Assembly (NCBI GenBank): GCA_963717365.1
Contig: OY970327.1
Coordinates: forward strand, 395,599 to 459,598
Length of the DNA: 64,000 nucleotides
Source of the DNA: Candidatus Saccharimonadia bacterium
GTDB lineage: Bacteria; Patescibacteriota; Saccharimonadia; Saccharimonadales; 2-12-FULL-41-12
Direction: 5' to 3'
The position numbers and the translations under genes were made by a program. Each line of letters begins with the position of its first letter. The first letter of the stretch is position 1. The notes under the pieces were generated by a model that was given only the letters and a program-made list of their open reading frames with translations, made no database searches and was not told the DNA's origin. Below, in pieces: positions 35,036-47,841 of this stretch.

Positions 35036-38000
35036 ATGTATGATGACAGGCTTAAGAGTCTGAATGAAGCCCAAAGACAGGCAGTCGAAACAATTGAGGG
35101 ACCACTGCTTGTACTGGCCGGACCTGGAACGGGTAAAACTACACTTTTAACAATTCGTGTGGCACATATTTTGAGACAGACCGATACATTGCCGGAAAGT
35201 ATTTTATGCTTGACGTTCACAGACTCGGCACAGAAGAATATGCAAAACCGGTTGGTAGAGTTGATAGGGCAGGATGCTTACAAGGTACGCATTCATACCT
35301 TTCATAGCTTTGGCTCCTGGGTATTGCAAAATTACCCACAGTACTTTGAGAGTTTGATTAACAGTCAGCAAGCTGATGATATGACCCGATACCAGCTACT
35401 ACTTGGTATCTTTGAAAAATTAAATCATCATGATCCGCTAGCTAGTATTAATGATGGTGATTACTTATATTTATCTGATGTCATGACACGTATTAGTCAG
35501 CTGAAACAAGCTGCTGTGTCTCCGGATAAACTGGCGGAAATTTGTAGTGATGACAAAAAATGGCTCGAAATAGCGAACCAAACGCTCAAACAGGATTTTG
35601 CAGCGGTGGCTACCATTACTAAGCAGAGTGTGCCTGCTTTTGAGACCTTTTTAAGTCATTTACAAGCAGGAGTGGAAGAAAGTCGACTTGGAGAACAATG
35701 TCGCCTGGAGCTGCGTGATGCGCTCGAGGAAGCACACGCCGAGGATAAAGTCTCAACTAAACCATTGACGGCATGGAAGAACATCTGGTTGATTAAAAAA
35801 AGTGACGGTACTTATGAACTAAAGTACGTTTCGACTTTGAAGAAACTAGAGTCATTAGTGCATATCTACCGGACATATCAAGCGACAATGAAAAAGCGAC
35901 AGCTGACTGACTATGACGACCAGTTGATGTTATTGCTGGAAGCTATGTCAGCTCAGCCTAATTTATTAGCTGAAATTCAGGAACGTTTTATTTATATTCT
36001 GGCCGACGAATACCAAGATACAAACGGTGTGCAACAGCGTATTCTAGAAACCATTGCCGACAACCCCGTCCATAATAACCGGCCAAATGTTATGGTAGTC
36101 GGAGACGACGATCAAGCAATTTACGGTTTTCAGGGAGCGTACAGTTCCAATTTATTAGACTTTTTAAAACGATGGCAAGATGTTCAGACTGTTGTGCTCA
36201 CAGAAAATTATCGTTCAACACCTCAAATAGTAAATTTTAGCCGATCTGTTATTACTCAGGGCGAGAACCGACTGGAAGACCAATACGAATATATTAATAA
36301 GGAATTAACCACGCCAAACAAAGCCGGTAAGAAAGTTATTTTACAAACAGCGCACTCAGGAGTCGATGCTTATCAATCACTGGCCCAGGACATTAAAAAT
36401 CGGGTAGATAGCGGCGTTTTGCCCGATAAGATTGCAGTACTTGCTCCGCAGCACAAGTATTTAGAACGCTTGGTTCCGTACCTATCTCACTATAATGTCG
36501 GTGTTTCGTATGAACGTCGGCAAGATGTCATACAGGAACAACACGTGCGTGAGCTGACCCTCCTGGCAGAAGTGGTTGTGATGTTGATGCAGCAGCGACA
36601 CCGCGAAGCCAATGACCTACTACCGGAGCTGCTTAGTTTTACTTGGTGGGGTCTTAAACCGGAAACAATCTGGGAAATTAGCCTGCAGGCCTATCAAAAA
36701 CGTCGTTTGTGGCTCGATATCATGCAAGACAGTGACGTTGCTGAAGTAGTTGCCATTGCCGGTTGGCTACTTAAACAAAGTCAGCTTTCCCAGGGAAGTA
36801 CGCTCGAAACTGCGCTCGACCAACTCATGGGTTACGGTCAACGGCGGACAACTAATCCTGCCGTTTCATTTGTTTCACCATATTACAGCTATTATTTTTT
36901 GTCACAAGAATCCGAGGAAGCAGTCCAGTACGTATTATCAGCTCTTTTAAGCTTACGGCGACACATCAGGAATTATGTTGGCCAGCAGCAATTAGGCCTG
37001 GTTGATTTTGTTCAATATATTCAACTGCGTCGTCAATCTGGACTACCAATAGTTAATGATCATCCGCTAGCATCTCAGGCAACTGCAGTAAACCTGATGA
37101 CGGCCTATAAAGCGAAGGGCTTAGAGTTTGATTATGTATACATATTGGATACACAGCATTCTGTCTGGGCCAAAAGGCGTGGACGTAGCAGCTTAATAGC
37201 TATCGCGGCGCACATTGCTGCGGTCCCAACTGGGGAGACAATAGATGAACAACTACGCGTTTTTTACGTTGGCATTACTCGAGCAGCCAAGGAGTTAACA
37301 TTAGTTCGTGCGACTTACGACGAAGAAAACAACCCAATTTTACCACTTGGCTGGCTGGAAGCTGAAAAAACGAAGCAGCTAGTGTCTGAATCAACGTCAG
37401 ACGATGCCAAAGCTTTTGATATTACTCGTGGACTTGCATACGATTGGCATGAAGTTGTAGCTGCTCCAATAGACGCCCAATGGCGCGAACGACTAGCAGG
37501 TCAACTGGAGCGCTACAGACTGAGCGCAACCCACCTCGGCACTTTTTTAGATGTAACCGCCGGTGGACCCCGGACCTTTATGATCAATCATTTACTGCGT
37601 TTCCCGCAGGGAAGTAGCCCAAATATCTCATTTGGTAATGCTATGCACCATATCATGCAGTTCTTGCATGACGAGATGAGTAGCACCGGTTCGCTACCGG
37701 CTATCAAACAAACATTGGTACACTTTGATGCTTATCTAGCGGATTGTCGGTTAGGTGATATTGAACTGCCTAAGCAAACCATTCGTGGCCACCGCACCAT
37801 CGAAGCCTTATACAAAAATGGCATGCAACTCTTTAATGACAGCGGACAAATTAGCGAACTAGACCTGACAGGGAAAGATATTACGATAGGCGATGCCCGT
37901 GTCAGCGGGAAAATCGATTTAGTAGACACTAACACCGGTTTAATTAGAGACTACAAAACTGGTAAGCCAGCCGCCAGTTGGCCTAAAGAAAATGCAAAAT

Positions 38001-38314
38001 CTTACGAAGCTTTGAAATTGCATCACTATAATCAGCAATTATTGTTTTATAAATTAATGGTTAGTAATGCTACCGATTACTCGCAGCACCCTATTACAGA
38101 AGCAGAGGTGGTGTTCCTAGAGTCAGCTGACCATACCGAGCTGCAAATACTCTCGTTAGACTATCAAAAAGCAGAGCTTGAACGGCTCGAAAAACTGATC
38201 CAAGTTGTTTGGAGCAAAGTTATGACACTTGACTTGCCCGACGTAACAAAATACCCGCCCGACGTTACGGGCATCCGACTATTTGAAGAGGATTTGTTGA
38301 GTGGCGTAGTTTAA
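35036..38314 (+). CDS. UvrD/PcrA-type SF1 helicase with a C-terminal RecB-like PD-(D/E)xK nuclease domain
   Basis: LNEAQRQAV, AGPGTGKTT, DEYQDTN and NYRS helicase motifs. C-terminal GKIDLVD...IRDYKTGK nuclease motif. ATG at 35036; an alternative GTG lies at 35030. Confidence 0.85.
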   Translation: MYDDRLKSLNEAQRQAVETIEGPLLVLAGPGTGKTTLLTIRVAHILRQTDTLPESILCLTFTDSAQKNMQNRLVELIGQDAYKVRIHTFHSFGSWVLQNYPQYFESLINSQQADDMTRYQLLLGIFEKLNHHDPLASINDGDYLYLSDVMTRISQLKQAAVSPDKLAEICSDDKKWLEIANQTLKQDFAAVATITKQSVPAFETFLSHLQAGVEESRLGEQCRLELRDALEEAHAEDKVSTKPLTAWKNIWLIKKSDGTYELKYVSTLKKLESLVHIYRTYQATMKKRQLTDYDDQLMLLLEAMSAQPNLLAEIQERFIYILADEYQDTNGVQQRILETIADNPVHNNRPNVMVVGDDDQAIYGFQGAYSSNLLDFLKRWQDVQTVVLTENYRSTPQIVNFSRSVITQGENRLEDQYEYINKELTTPNKAGKKVILQTAHSGVDAYQSLAQDIKNRVDSGVLPDKIAVLAPQHKYLERLVPYLSHYNVGVSYERRQDVIQEQHVRELTLLAEVVVMLMQQRHREANDLLPELLSFTWWGLKPETIWEISLQAYQKRRLWLDIMQDSDVAEVVAIAGWLLKQSQLSQGSTLETALDQLMGYGQRRTTNPAVSFVSPYYSYYFLSQESEEAVQYVLSALLSLRRHIRNYVGQQQLGLVDFVQYIQLRRQSGLPIVNDHPLASQATAVNLMTAYKAKGLEFDYVYILDTQHSVWAKRRGRSSLIAIAAHIAAVPTGETIDEQLRVFYVGITRAAKELTLVRATYDEENNPILPLGWLEAEKTKQLVSESTSDDAKAFDITRGLAYDWHEVVAAPIDAQWRERLAGQLERYRLSATHLGTFLDVTAGGPRTFMINHLLRFPQGSSPNISFGNAMHHIMQFLHDEMSSTGSLPAIKQTLVHFDAYLADCRLGDIELPKQTIRGHRTIEALYKNGMQLFNDSGQISELDLTGKDITIGDARVSGKIDLVDTNTGLIRDYKTGKPAASWPKENAKSYEALKLHHYNQQLLFYKLMVSNATDYSQHPITEAEVVFLESADHTELQILSLDYQKAELERLEKLIQVVWSKVMTLDLPDVTKYPPDVTGIRLFEEDLLSGVV

Positions 38315-39411
38315 GCGGCTTGAGCAGCTGGCTGGCGGACCATAACTTTCACGCTGCCATCTTCGGCAATAAGACCAGGTAGCGTAACGCCGTCTTTGAT
38401 CATAAAGGCGTGCACAAAGATAGATTGCGTGATTTTGTCCGTAGGATAGCGTTCGGCAGCGTAATCCCACAGAGCCCAGTCATCGCTCCCAAAGGCCTCG
38501 ATCTCACCATCGGTTTCGGCGGCCACTTCATCACGATGTAAGGTAGTGCCTTCTACTGAATTGATAATCAGAAACGCCTCATTATGGGGCGCTGATAAAA
38601 TTTCTACCGATCCGGGGTTATCTTCTCGAATAGCATTAAGAATTTCATGGGCGGGCACAAGATACTGTTCTTTTTCTGAACGAAGTTTGAGCGCGCCTGA
38701 CATTGCAATACTGAAATGTTCTTGGTTATAACGCTCACCTAAGCGAGCTTTGCTAAGCTGTCGGGTACCTTCAACTTGGTGGCTGTCACTTAGTTGATTG
38801 AACTGGCTCTCTTCGCCGTCAATCTGGCCACAACCACATTTTCCGCCACCATAACAATTACGGATGTCTGTGTGTGCTCCGCTACTAAAGCCAGCTTTAA
38901 TGGTTGCATCATTGGTAACTTCAATATCATCAACAACAGTATTTTCTTCTGCTTCTGGCTCTTCCAGTCCTGTAAGTGTTATACGGTCCGACAGTGCTAG
39001 ACCGTAAGTCGCACCAAATAATTCCGGGCCAAGGGAGCGTCCGTATAATTCAGCGTCGTCAGAATCGTATTCGGCTAATATTCGGCCGTCACCACAGCGA
39101 AGTGGCGCGCCTTCGGTTACGGGAACATAGTGTTTTCCAAGCCGACTCTGGACAGTGTCAATACTTTCCTGGGTAATAATACCGTTTTCTAGACGGGCTT
39201 GGGGAGAAATGGAACCTTTCCATATCATTGAAGGAGCAAGTTCGTTAAGGGTACCGGCCGACACCATTGTGCCTACAGTTTCAGATAAAGCTTGGACTTC
39301 ATCTTTTGCAACCTGTAAAAGGTCTGGGCTCATAGTTAATTCATCGTCATCGACATGGGTCATAAAGGTCTCTTCATTTAACATTAGGGGGTATAATTCT
39401 CTCGCCATCAT
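38311..39411 (-). CDS. hypothetical protein
   Basis: 366-aa acidic ORF with no confident motif. Its stop overlaps the helicase stop region by 4 nt. Confidence 0.6.
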   Translation of the reverse strand: MMARELYPLMLNEETFMTHVDDDELTMSPDLLQVAKDEVQALSETVGTMVSAGTLNELAPSMIWKGSISPQARLENGIITQESIDTVQSRLGKHYVPVTEGAPLRCGDGRILAEYDSDDAELYGRSLGPELFGATYGLALSDRITLTGLEEPEAEENTVVDDIEVTNDATIKAGFSSGAHTDIRNCYGGGKCGCGQIDGEESQFNQLSDSHQVEGTRQLSKARLGERYNQEHFSIAMSGALKLRSEKEQYLVPAHEILNAIREDNPGSVEILSAPHNEAFLIINSVEGTTLHRDEVAAETDGEIEAFGSDDWALWDYAAERYPTDKITQSIFVHAFMIKDGVTLPGLIAEDGSVKVMVRQPAAQAA

Positions 39412-39606
39412 AATATTTATTGTGAGTAGTCATTTACTACTGTTATTTTAATATTTATTTAGCAACAACTTGGTACTATACGCCTGTTTATTGCTCATTT
39501 CAATACGAGTTATCCACATTTGTAAGATTTCTTACATCCAGTGTCTTGCTTATGCTTTTGTACGCTATATATAGCGTTATAAGTCAAAATCTTATATTAT
39601 TTAGTT

Positions 39607-39996
39607 ATGACATTTGAAGAAGATCCTAATAAAGAAAAGGGGGGAATAACTAGTCCGCCTGACTCATTAATAGGCGAAATCTCAAGTATTAGCGCTCAAG
39701 CCTATCTGAACAGTCATTCCGACGCTGAAGCCACTATTGTTGACACGAAAAAACTTATGCGTGCCAATACCAAACTAGGTCGCATGGTATTGGAAACAGC
39801 TGGCCAACTAGCAAAAAGAGGCACTTCCCCAGAAGATGCTTATCTCTTAGGAGTTATCCATGGCTTAGGACTAGCCGAGCGTCGGCGTCAGGAAGAACTG
39901 TTTGAAACGCAATTTGGATCCGAAACCTATACAGATCTAGCTGACGCCATACCAAATGAACTAAAACGACGAAATGGGCACACGTCGGAAGCTTAA
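39607..39996 (+). CDS. hypothetical protein
   Basis: 129-aa ORF with no motif. Confidence 0.5.
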   Translation: MTFEEDPNKEKGGITSPPDSLIGEISSISAQAYLNSHSDAEATIVDTKKLMRANTKLGRMVLETAGQLAKRGTSPEDAYLLGVIHGLGLAERRRQEELFETQFGSETYTDLADAIPNELKRRNGHTSEA

Positions 39997-40423
39997 TAAC
40001 GTTTTTTGCCAGATTTTTTAAGTTCAGCGAGCTTGAGCCGAACCTCTTGGCGATCAATCATGGCTTGCGCCTCGGCCAGGGAAACGGCATCGCCAGCTTT
40101 GGATTTGTGCTCTTGAGCGCGCTTAATGGCCGCTTCCGCTTCTTGGGTACTAACGTCTTCTGGGGTATCAACTTCGTCGACCAGTACGGTAATTTTGTTG
40201 TTCAAGACTTCAACGGTTCCGTCATAGACACCCAACTGCTCGCGGCCGCTCACAGGCGTCTGTTTTGTTTCCTGGATAACGAGCACTCCGGGAGCCACGG
40301 CCGCAAGCAAGGGGGCATGTCCGCCGTTAATAACAATTTCGCCGGCAGTAGTCGGTACTAACAACTCATGGATATCTTTGTCGGCAACCTGGCCGGTTAA
40401 GGTAATTAGCTGCAAACGAATCA

Positions 40424-40424
<1 letters not shown>
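39993..40424 (-). CDS. atpC: F1 ATP synthase subunit epsilon
   Basis: 143 aa downstream of atpD with a TAATG stop/start overlap. It has the typical beta-sandwich plus helical hairpin sequence pattern. Confidence 0.88.
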
Positions 40425-42287
<1,863 letters not shown>

Positions 42288-42291
<4 letters not shown>

Positions 42292-43157
42292 TCTGTAATC
42301 GCCTCTGCTCCACCAACAATTTCGGCGATTTGCTGGGTAATCGCGCCTTGTCTAGCCGTATTAAATGCCAAGGTTAGGTCGTCAATTATGTCACCGGCGT
42401 TATCGGTAGCATTCTTCATGGCAATCATACGCATGGAATGCTCGCTGGCCAAAGATTCAAGGATGGCTTGCCAGACTTCCAGCTCAATCAACCGTTCAAC
42501 TACGCTTTCAACAATAGATTCCACTGAAGGCTCAAAAATAGCCACTTCGAGCGGTGACCACTCCGGCTTTTCGTCAACACTAGCCGGCAAAAGCTGCAAC
42601 TGAGCAACTTCCTGCCGGATGCTGGTAATGTACTGCGTATAAATAATAGTCACCGCGTCAACGTCTCCGCTGGCGTATTGCTCTAAAATAGTATCGACTA
42701 TAGGCCGAATGTCGGCTGGCTGCGGCTGACCGCTAAAAATAGGATATACCCCAAGCAAGTCGACGCCTTCCAGGCGAGACACAAAATTGGCGCCTTTTTT
42801 GCCCAGCGCGATCACTTTAGTACCGATTTTTTCAGCATGATCTTGCTGCAGCTGTGCAGTCAGCCGTTTAAGGACGTTTCCATCGTAGGCGCCGGCTAAA
42901 CCGGTATCGCTGGTAATGATCAGTAGTAAACGGCTATCTACCTTGCGGCGGACAAACAGCGGATGATTCTTTACGTCGCTTACGCTGCTTAACCGGCTCA
43001 AAATCTGTTGGGCACTTTCGCGATAAGGGCGGGACGCCTGAGCCCGTTGCTGAGCCCGGCGCATCTTACTGGCCGCCACTAGCTGCATAGCCTTGGTGAT
43101 CTGGCGAGTATTTTTGACGCTGCCAATGCGCCGTTTCAGCTGCTGCGTGCTACCCAT
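42288..43157 (-). CDS. atpG: F1 ATP synthase subunit gamma
   Basis: 289 aa with a RRIGSVKNTRQITKAMQLVAASKMRRAQ N-terminus and an ITQQIAEIVGGAEA C-terminus. Confidence 0.95.
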
Positions 43158-44689
43158 TACTTCTCTTCGTACTCCTTAGCGATTTTCTTAGCGGTGCTTA
43201 AAATAGTTTCTTTCATACTGTCATCGGGTTTACCGCCCTCATTCAAGGTGTCCATGGCTTTTTTGTGGCTACGCTTTAGTTCTGATAATAAAGCTTCGGC
43301 GGCGGCACGGACTTTACTAACCGGCACCACGTCCAATACTCCTTCGGTGGCGGCCATCAGCAGGGAGGTCTGCTCCCAGACGGCATACGGCGAGTATTGT
43401 GGCTGCTTCAGCAGCTCGGTCAGTCGCTGGCCGCGTTCAATACGATGTTTGGTGTCAGCATCAAGGTCAGTACTAAACTGTGCAAAGGCTGCCAGTTCGC
43501 GGAACTGTGCCAGGTTAAGGCGCAAGCTGCCAGCCACGCTCTTAACAGCTTTAGTCTGAGCAGATCCGCCAACACGAGAAACACTAGTACCAACTGCGAT
43601 AGCCGGGCGAATACCTTGATAAAACAAGTTAGTTTCTAGGAAGATCTGGCCGTCGGTGATAGAAATCACGTTGGTTGGAATGTAGGCAGAGATATCTCCG
43701 GCCTGAGTCTCAATGATCGGCAGGGCAGTTAAACTGCCGGCGCCGAGCTTATCTGACAGTTTGGCGGAGCGCTCGAGTAAACGTGAGTGCAAGTAAAATA
43801 CATCACCCGGAAAAGCTTCGCGACCCGGTGGACGGCGCAGCAATAAACTCATCTGACGATAGGAGTTAGCGTGCTTAGAAAGATCATCATAGATGATTAA
43901 GGCGTGCTGTTTGTTATCGCGAAAATACTCGCCAATGGCAGTTCCGGCGTAGGGCGCCAGATATTGAATCGAAGCAGCGTCAGCCGCAGAAGTGCTAACA
44001 ATAATAGATTGTTCCATAACACCCTCGCGCTTGAGACGGTCAACCAACCGGGCAACCTTGCTGGCTTTTTGGCCAATGGCAACGTAGATGTTAATAACAC
44101 CGGTTTTTTGGCGATACTGGTTAATCATAGTATCTAACGCCACGGCCGTTTTACCGGTTTGGCGGTCACCAATGATTAATTCACGTTGGCCGCGGCCAAT
44201 CGGGACCATAGTGTCAATCGCGGCAATACCGGTCATCAATGGTTCATGAACGCTTTTACGAGCCAGGACACCTGGAGCAGTTTGCTCAATGGGAGCAGTC
44301 AGCTTAGCATTGATCGGACCTTTATCATCAAGCGGCCGGCCCAGAGGATCAATCACACGACCGATTAATTCAGGACCAACCGGCACTTCGATGCTGCGAC
44401 CGGTAAGGGTTACTTTGGCACCGGCTTTCACGCCAATGTCACTGCCGAGCAATACAGCGCCGATTTCGTTTTCACCAAGATTTAATGCAAACGCAGAAAC
44501 CATCTGGCCATTGCTGTCTTCAATTTCGAGCACTTCATTGAAGCCGGCTTCGCTGAGACCATAGATCCAAGCCACACCGTCACCGACGCGGGTAACAATG
44601 CCGACGTTTTTAATCTCTGGCTGCTCTTTAAGCCCCTGGATTGCTTTACGAATGTCGGCTGACAGATCTTTGATGCTTACTTCACTCAT
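43157..44689 (-). CDS. atpA: F1 ATP synthase subunit alpha
   Basis: GDRQTGKT Walker A plus conserved alpha-subunit blocks. Confidence 0.97.
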   Translation of the reverse strand: MSEVSIKDLSADIRKAIQGLKEQPEIKNVGIVTRVGDGVAWIYGLSEAGFNEVLEIEDSNGQMVSAFALNLGENEIGAVLLGSDIGVKAGAKVTLTGRSIEVPVGPELIGRVIDPLGRPLDDKGPINAKLTAPIEQTAPGVLARKSVHEPLMTGIAAIDTMVPIGRGQRELIIGDRQTGKTAVALDTMINQYRQKTGVINIYVAIGQKASKVARLVDRLKREGVMEQSIIVSTSAADAASIQYLAPYAGTAIGEYFRDNKQHALIIYDDLSKHANSYRQMSLLLRRPPGREAFPGDVFYLHSRLLERSAKLSDKLGAGSLTALPIIETQAGDISAYIPTNVISITDGQIFLETNLFYQGIRPAIAVGTSVSRVGGSAQTKAVKSVAGSLRLNLAQFRELAAFAQFSTDLDADTKHRIERGQRLTELLKQPQYSPYAVWEQTSLLMAATEGVLDVVPVSKVRAAAEALLSELKRSHKKAMDTLNEGGKPDDSMKETILSTAKKIAKEYEEK

Positions 44690-44735
44690 ATGGTTCTACT
44701 TCGTTCCTTTCTCTAATAATGCCAGGTTGTGCGCG

Positions 44736-45137
44736 TTAGACGGCATGTGCAAGACGGTTTAATTTTGTTCGAATACTCAAATCAAGTTGGTGGTGCGGGA
44801 AAAGCAGTTTAACTCCGCCCACGGCAGCTGGGTCTAACTCTTCACGGATAACAATTTTTTTTACCTTGGGATACTGCTTGCGGGCAACGGCTTCAATTTC
44901 CTGTTTTTCTTGAGCATTAAGTTCATACGCACTGACAGCAGTTACTTCCAAAAGTCCTTTGGTTTGGGCTCGCTCTTCTGAAACATCGCGCAGCAGGGAA
45001 TTAAGTTCAGCAGTTTTACCAGTTTCAATTAGGTAGGCCGCTATGTCTTGAGCTAGTGTCTTAAAAGATTGCTGGTCATCAACTGCGCCAGCAACATAAC
45101 TCGCTAGTTTTGCTCGGGAAAATGCTGAGGTAGACAT
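44736..45137 (-). CDS. atpH: F1 ATP synthase subunit delta (short form)
   Basis: Operon position plus a C-terminal DPAAVGGVKL...LDLSIRTKLNRL pattern. At 133 aa it is shorter than typical delta subunits. Confidence 0.8.
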   Translation of the reverse strand: MSTSAFSRAKLASYVAGAVDDQQSFKTLAQDIAAYLIETGKTAELNSLLRDVSEERAQTKGLLEVTAVSAYELNAQEKQEIEAVARKQYPKVKKIVIREELDPAAVGGVKLLFPHHQLDLSIRTKLNRLAHAV

Positions 45138-45152
45138 AATGATACAGGCGGC

Positions 45153-45689
45153 TTAGCCTTGGCTCCTGAGTGCTTTAGAGATAAGCGCGGCGTCTTTTTT
45201 GGCATCAAGCTTCTCGTTCACTAAAACTTCGGTGGCTTCTGCTACTAGACCGATCATTTCATGCTCCAGCGCCCGTCGGGCACGGGCGGTTTCTTCCTCG
45301 ATCTTTTTCTGAGCTTCTGTAAGAATATTCTTAGCCTTGGCTTCAGCCGCCGCTTCAGCTTCTTTCACCATAGCAGTGGTCTGGTGGTGGCTGGCAGCAA
45401 TAATCGCGTCAGCTTCTTGGCGGGCTTTTTTGCGAATCTCGGTGATTTCGGCGTCTAGCTTTTCTTTCTGCTCAGTCAGCTTGCTAGTTAGGCTTAAGCC
45501 TTCTTCTATAGTTTCGCGGCGCTTCTCCAACATCGAGACAATGCGCCCAAACACGAAGCGCTTGAGGATATAAAAAACCAGCAAAAAGGTAACCAGCTGT
45601 ATAAGAAACGCCTTAGGGTCAAAACCCAGCGCTGCAAAGCCTTCTTTCTCGGCTGCTTCTGCTCCAAACCGCGTAAAACTATTAATCAT
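45153..45689 (-). CDS. atpF: Fo ATP synthase subunit b
   Basis: Single N-terminal TM helix followed by a long charged coiled coil, in the expected operon position. Confidence 0.88.
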   Translation of the reverse strand: MINSFTRFGAEAAEKEGFAALGFDPKAFLIQLVTFLLVFYILKRFVFGRIVSMLEKRRETIEEGLSLTSKLTEQKEKLDAEITEIRKKARQEADAIIAASHHQTTAMVKEAEAAAEAKAKNILTEAQKKIEEETARARRALEHEMIGLVAEATEVLVNEKLDAKKDAALISKALRSQG

Positions 45690-45833
45690 ATTTGAATCCT
45701 TGTTTTATGAGGAGCTTTTGTATATGAGTGCAGTTTGGATATAAATTCGAGCATCGCAAAGGAACGGTATGCTGCATACCGTGACTGCGACGTGGAGAAT
45801 TTAGATTCAAAATGTGCCATATACATAAGCTCC

Positions 45834-46064
45834 CTACTTAACAATGAAGAATGCACCAATAGCAACGATTCCAAAGAATTCAGCCATACCAACAAAGATG
45901 AACAGTGTACTTAAGTACTTAGATGCTTCCGGATTACGGCTAACAGCGTTCATGTAAGCTGCTCCCATTAAACCAAGCGCGATGGCCGGTCCAAGTCCGC
46001 CGAAGGCGATAATAATACCTTTTGCAATAACCGCAGTATCTACTGCTTCTGCGAATAACTCCAT
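45834..46064 (-). CDS. atpE: Fo ATP synthase subunit c
   Basis: 76-aa hairpin protein with a polar RNPE loop and a carboxylate in helix 2 (GMAEFFGI). Confidence 0.92.
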   Translation of the reverse strand: MELFAEAVDTAVIAKGIIIAFGGLGPAIALGLMGAAYMNAVSRNPEASKYLSTLFIFVGMAEFFGIVAIGAFFIVK

Positions 46065-46119
46065 GAATAACTCCTTTATTTAACTATTATTATATACAAT
46101 TACGGTGAATAAGAACAGA

Positions 46120-46923
46120 TTACACGTGTGCTGTCTCCTTGTGTTCTTCGCCACCATGCGAAGCTGTGGTAGCTGACAAGTAAGCTGCGCACAGTACCAC
46201 AAATATATAAGCTTGTAAGGCTCCAACAAAAATTTCTAATAGAGTAAATGGCAGGGCAGCGACAGAGGCGGCGGGACCGCCCAAATAGGCAGCAACCGAG
46301 ATAAGAATCTCTCCCACGGCGATGTTGAGAAAAAGCCGCAACCCCAAGCTAAGCAAACGGGTCAGTTCAGTAAATATTTCAAAAGCGCCAATCAGATAGG
46401 TCAGCGGGTTAGCCATACTCATTGGAAAATAATGCTTAAAGTGACTTTTAGGACCAGACTCTCGAATAGCGATAACCTGAACTAACACCATACCAAATAG
46501 CGCCATAGCTAATGTTCCATTTAAGTCAGCTGTAAATGGCCGCAGCAAGGGATTGCCGTTATATTCAATAGCTGTTCCGACGCCAGGTAGCAATCCCAAC
46601 CAGTTATTTAGCATAATGAAAAAGAATAAGGTCACAAAGATAGGCGCATATCGCACGGCGCGGTCACGACTTCCCAGAGTAGATTGCAGCAAATTAACAA
46701 TAAATTCAGTGCCAGCTTCAATCACACCCGGAACACCAGTAGCACCGTTCAGCTTAATGCGGCGGCGGGCCATAATCAATAGGATTATCAGTACGCTGGC
46801 ACAGAGCCAGCCGTATAGCATTGAGTTTGTGATACTAATACCGGCTACTTCGAATAGCTTATCAGAGGTAATGGTTATATGTGGTCCGGTCTCTTCGGCA
46901 GCAAATAGTGATGGGAAAATCAT
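46120..46923 (-). CDS. atpB: Fo ATP synthase subunit a
   Basis: 267-aa polytopic protein with the conserved Arg block LSLGLRLFLNI. Confidence 0.92.
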   Translation of the reverse strand: MIFPSLFAAEETGPHITITSDKLFEVAGISITNSMLYGWLCASVLIILLIMARRRIKLNGATGVPGVIEAGTEFIVNLLQSTLGSRDRAVRYAPIFVTLFFFIMLNNWLGLLPGVGTAIEYNGNPLLRPFTADLNGTLAMALFGMVLVQVIAIRESGPKSHFKHYFPMSMANPLTYLIGAFEIFTELTRLLSLGLRLFLNIAVGEILISVAAYLGGPAASVAALPFTLLEIFVGALQAYIFVVLCAAYLSATTASHGGEEHKETAHV

Positions 46924-47168
46924 TGAGCCAGCCCCTTCACAATATTTCTAATTACCAATGCACTGGCTATCATGCCAATAAAAAAACCAAGTAATGTGAA
47001 TACTTGGCCGTTATCCCGCGTTGAGTCAATGTATAAACCTGCCAGTATCGGCGTCAGCATGGCGGCAGCCATTTTCCAACTCATATCAAAAGCGTTCACA
47101 ATAAAAGCGCGCTTGGCTTGGCGCACTTTCTCATCTCTCGTCGTCTTCAAGGCGGCGGTTTTTGTCAT
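46920..47168 (-). CDS. AtpZ/AtpI-like small membrane protein
   Basis: 82 aa with two TM helices. It is the first gene of the atp operon and overlaps atpB by 4 nt. Confidence 0.65.
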   Translation of the reverse strand: MTKTAALKTTRDEKVRQAKRAFIVNAFDMSWKMAAAMLTPILAGLYIDSTRDNGQVFTLLGFFIGMIASALVIRNIVKGLAQ

Positions 47169-47244
47169 CTCTATTTAGTATATCACCTCTGGTAAACAAG
47201 GGTCAAGCGCCTTAGCTGACTGAGTTATAGTAAGCTATATAGAT

Positions 47245-47814
47245 ATGGCGTTTGAGGATTATAAAACTAAAGAGTCGGTTGTATTAGTGTATACCGGGGA
47301 GGGCAAGGGCAAGACCAGTGCCAGTCTTGGTCTGATGGCGCGTGCACTCGGTAATCGGTGGAACGTAGCTTTTATCCAATTTATTAAATACTGGGGAGTC
47401 AGTGAGCATGTGTTTATCCGAGACATTCAACCTCTCTACCATGATCAACTTTATTTTTATAAAGGCGGCAAAGGTTTTTATGACGCGGGTGACTTAAGTC
47501 CAGAGAATGTCACTCCCAAGCAACATAAAAGTGCAGCCAAAGAAACTTATAAGGAAGCTCTGGCTGCCGTCAGCAATGGGAAGTACCAATTAGTCATTTG
47601 CGACGAGATTAACAATGCAGTGCATGACGGCTTATTAACTGTCACAGATCTTAAAAAACTAATTGAAAGCCGGGCGCCAGGAACCAGCTTGTGCGTGACA
47701 GGACGTAATTTTCCCAAAAAACTGCTTAAGAATGTGGATATTGCCACCGACATGACCAAAATTAAGCATCACTTTGACGAAAAGTATTTAGCCAATCCTG
47801 GTATTGACTATTAG
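47245..47814 (+). CDS. cobA: cob(I)yrinic acid a,c-diamide adenosyltransferase (CobA/BtuR type)
   Basis: YTGEGKGKTSASLGLMARALG P-loop, ICDEINNAV, and GRNFP...ATDMTKIKHHFD. Confidence 0.8.
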   Translation: MAFEDYKTKESVVLVYTGEGKGKTSASLGLMARALGNRWNVAFIQFIKYWGVSEHVFIRDIQPLYHDQLYFYKGGKGFYDAGDLSPENVTPKQHKSAAKETYKEALAAVSNGKYQLVICDEINNAVHDGLLTVTDLKKLIESRAPGTSLCVTGRNFPKKLLKNVDIATDMTKIKHHFDEKYLANPGIDY

Positions 47815-47841
47815 TACTGTTTTATGATATAATAAATAATT

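Noticed and set aside
38311-39411. Considered beta-carbonic anhydrase because of the RCGDGR and HTD...CGCG strings.
   Set aside because: The spacing and context do not match the CxDxR ... HxxC pattern, and the protein is much longer. There is not enough evidence.
45686-45895. 69-aa minus-strand ORF spanning the atpE-atpF spacer.
   Set aside because: It overlaps the atpE 3' end out of frame and has no RBS. The spacer is better explained as a non-coding hairpin region.
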